Positions 62,206-64,000 of a DNA stretch of 64,000 bases are shown in pieces. Source of the stretch: Squalus acanthias (taxonomy: Eukaryota). The stretch is taken from contig CM059431.1 of assembly GCA_030390025.1 (NCBI GenBank), forward strand, positions 146,756,001-146,820,000, read 5' to 3'. Both the position numbers and the translations under genes were made by a program. The notes beneath the pieces are model-generated. The model did no database searches. It was not told the DNA's origin and saw only the letters and a program-made list of their open reading frames with translations. Numbering within the stretch: the stretch's first letter is position 1; every line of letters begins with the position of its first letter.

Positions 62206-62924
62206 TAGTTCAGTTCAACAGTGGTGTATTCTGTTAATTATTTCGAAGTCCATGGTTTTCACTGCGGCAGCATGATGATATTAAATACAGAGAGCTTTAC
62301 ACTAAATGCAGTCAGAGGTTAATTTTAACTTTAGTGTAAATTGAGGATAACGAATTAGCTGCTCATGGAAACTACGCTCGATCTTCTTGCCCATTGATGT
62401 CAACGGAAAGGGGAATCGGGCCTGGTGTATATTGGGTGCCAATTCAATATTCCCAATGTTATACTGTCGGCAAATGTAAAATAACTCCCAATGAATTAAA
62501 ATCTTCAGCATTCCAAACCTTAGTAATTCAATATAGTGAAGCGTCTATTTGGTTTGAAGGTTCTCGCGTGAAAAAAATTCAGTGCAATTCAGTAGGATGT
62601 GACCGGTCAGCAGGATTCGCATTGAACAGAAAAGCTCAGAAAGGCCACGATAATGGTAGAAGGAGCAACACAATCCGTTGGCGCGACAGGCAAACTTTAT
62701 TACAATGCTGCAGATTGTACCTGTCACTCCTGGTGTGTGGGTGCAATGTCCCAATCTACACCATCCACGACTGGAGAGCAGATCAGCGCCGCAGGCTATA
62801 CCCGTTCTTCTTCGAGGATAGATGAACGGGTTATGATGCACCACACCAGAGATTAGCAGCACAATTAAATGCGCACAGAATTGGAGGTAATCCTTGTTAC
62901 ACCGGCTGGCGATTGGCTGGGAGG

Positions 62925-63575
62925 TAGGGGACAGATTACGGGTATAAAGAACCTTCTCTGCTTGGCGGGATTTGACAAGTGATGTTCCCCAGGGATCTGT
63001 ACTGGGGCCGCAGTTTTCACCATATATATTAATGACTTGGATGAAGGAAGAGAGAGTTGTTTATCCAAGTTTGCATAATACACGAGGTCAGCAGGCTCAG
63101 TAGGTTATGTAGATCGGAGCAGGAAGTTACAACAGGACATAGAAAAAATAAGGGAGTGGCCAAAAGTACGGCAGGCGGATTTCAATGAGGGAAAGTGACC
63201 CGAGAAAAAAAAAGAATATTTTCTGCATGGCGAGAGATTATGAGCCGTGGAGTGATGTAAGTACCCATGTAGACACATCACTAAAGCTAGTGCACAGTTA
63301 CAACAAATAATCAAAAGTGTTAATGAAATAAAAAGAGAAAATCCTGGAAATACTCAGCAGGTCAGGCAGCATATGTAGAGAGAGAAACAGAGTTAATGTT
63401 TCAGGTCGATGACACTTCGTTCATGAAATGTTGGCCTTTAACTCAGGGGTGCTGGAATACAAAGACGAGGAAGTGATGCTTCACTTTCTCAGAGCCTTGG
63501 TCAGACCTGACCTGGAATACTACGTTCAGCTTTGGTCATCAAACCTGCTGGTGTGCGAAATCGAACGGGATGCCC
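62925..63575 (+). mobile_element. CR1 RT fragment
   Basis: gttccccagggatctgtactggggccg (VPQGSVLGP), YINDLD, and LVRPDLEYYVQLWS. Confidence 0.8.
63330..63422. mobile_element. Single-arm copy of the Penelope-type mini-element (copy D) inserted in CR1
   Basis: Same arm sequence (ggaaatactcagcaggtcaggcagcat...gtttcaggtcgatgac). TSD atgaaat at 63323-63329 and 63423-63429. Confidence 0.75.
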
Positions 63576-63647
63576 AAAGAAATTCACGTTCTGCAGTTAA
63601 TGACGGGAGCTTTGTAACACACCATAAAGCCCAAAGAAAAACATAAT

Positions 63648-64000
63648 CATAGAAACATAGAAACATAGATGATAGGAGCAGGAGTAGGCCATTCGGCCTC
63701 TCGAGCCTGTTCCGCCATTCAATGAGATCATGGCTGATCATCCAAATTCAGTACCCTGTCCCTGTCTTCTCCCCATATCCCTTGATCCCTTTAGCCTTAA
63801 GAAATATATCTAACTCCTTCTTGAATATATTTAATGAATTGGCCTCAACTGCCTTCTGTGGTAGAGAATTCCACAGGTTCACCACTCTCTGGGTGAAGAA
63901 ATTCCTCCTCATCTCAGTCCTAAATGGCTTACCCCTTATCCTTAGACTGTGACCCCTGGTTCTGGATTCCCCCGTCCATCGGGAACATCCTTCCTGCATC
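63648..64000 (-). mobile_element. CR1 3' end, relatively young, runs off the window
   Basis: (CATAGAAA)n tail and peptide RTRGHSLRIRGKPFRTEMRRNFFTQRVVNLWNSLP. Confidence 0.92.

Noticed and set aside
62300..62900. ORFs of 67-143 aa between CR1 fragments
   Set aside because: No recognisable motifs, and they overlap on both strands.

Overview
Vertebrate genomic DNA, most likely from a cartilaginous fish (inferred from the CR1, L2, Penelope and Harbinger repeat content and the NLR type). One host gene spans the window on the minus strand: an NLR innate-immune receptor. I reconstructed 10 coding exons by hand (56431 to 8414), all with GT-AG junctions and consistent phases, giving 3297 nt or 1098 aa. 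The architecture is: putative lipidation leader (MGHLLCKQCRCSKKSKKR), 22-aa repeat linker, CARD-like death fold, NACHT, and a short RI-type LRR. The introns and flanks hold an 18.2-kb 21-bp satellite with a ~4.76-kb higher-order repeat, two G-rich arrays on opposite strands either side of the first coding exon, smaller minisatellites, many decayed LINEs, Harbinger relics and a solo LTR. There are also palindromic mini-elements carrying minimal hammerhead-ribozyme motifs. The very long ORFs in the ORF track are repeat artefacts. No transcript or database evidence was available.
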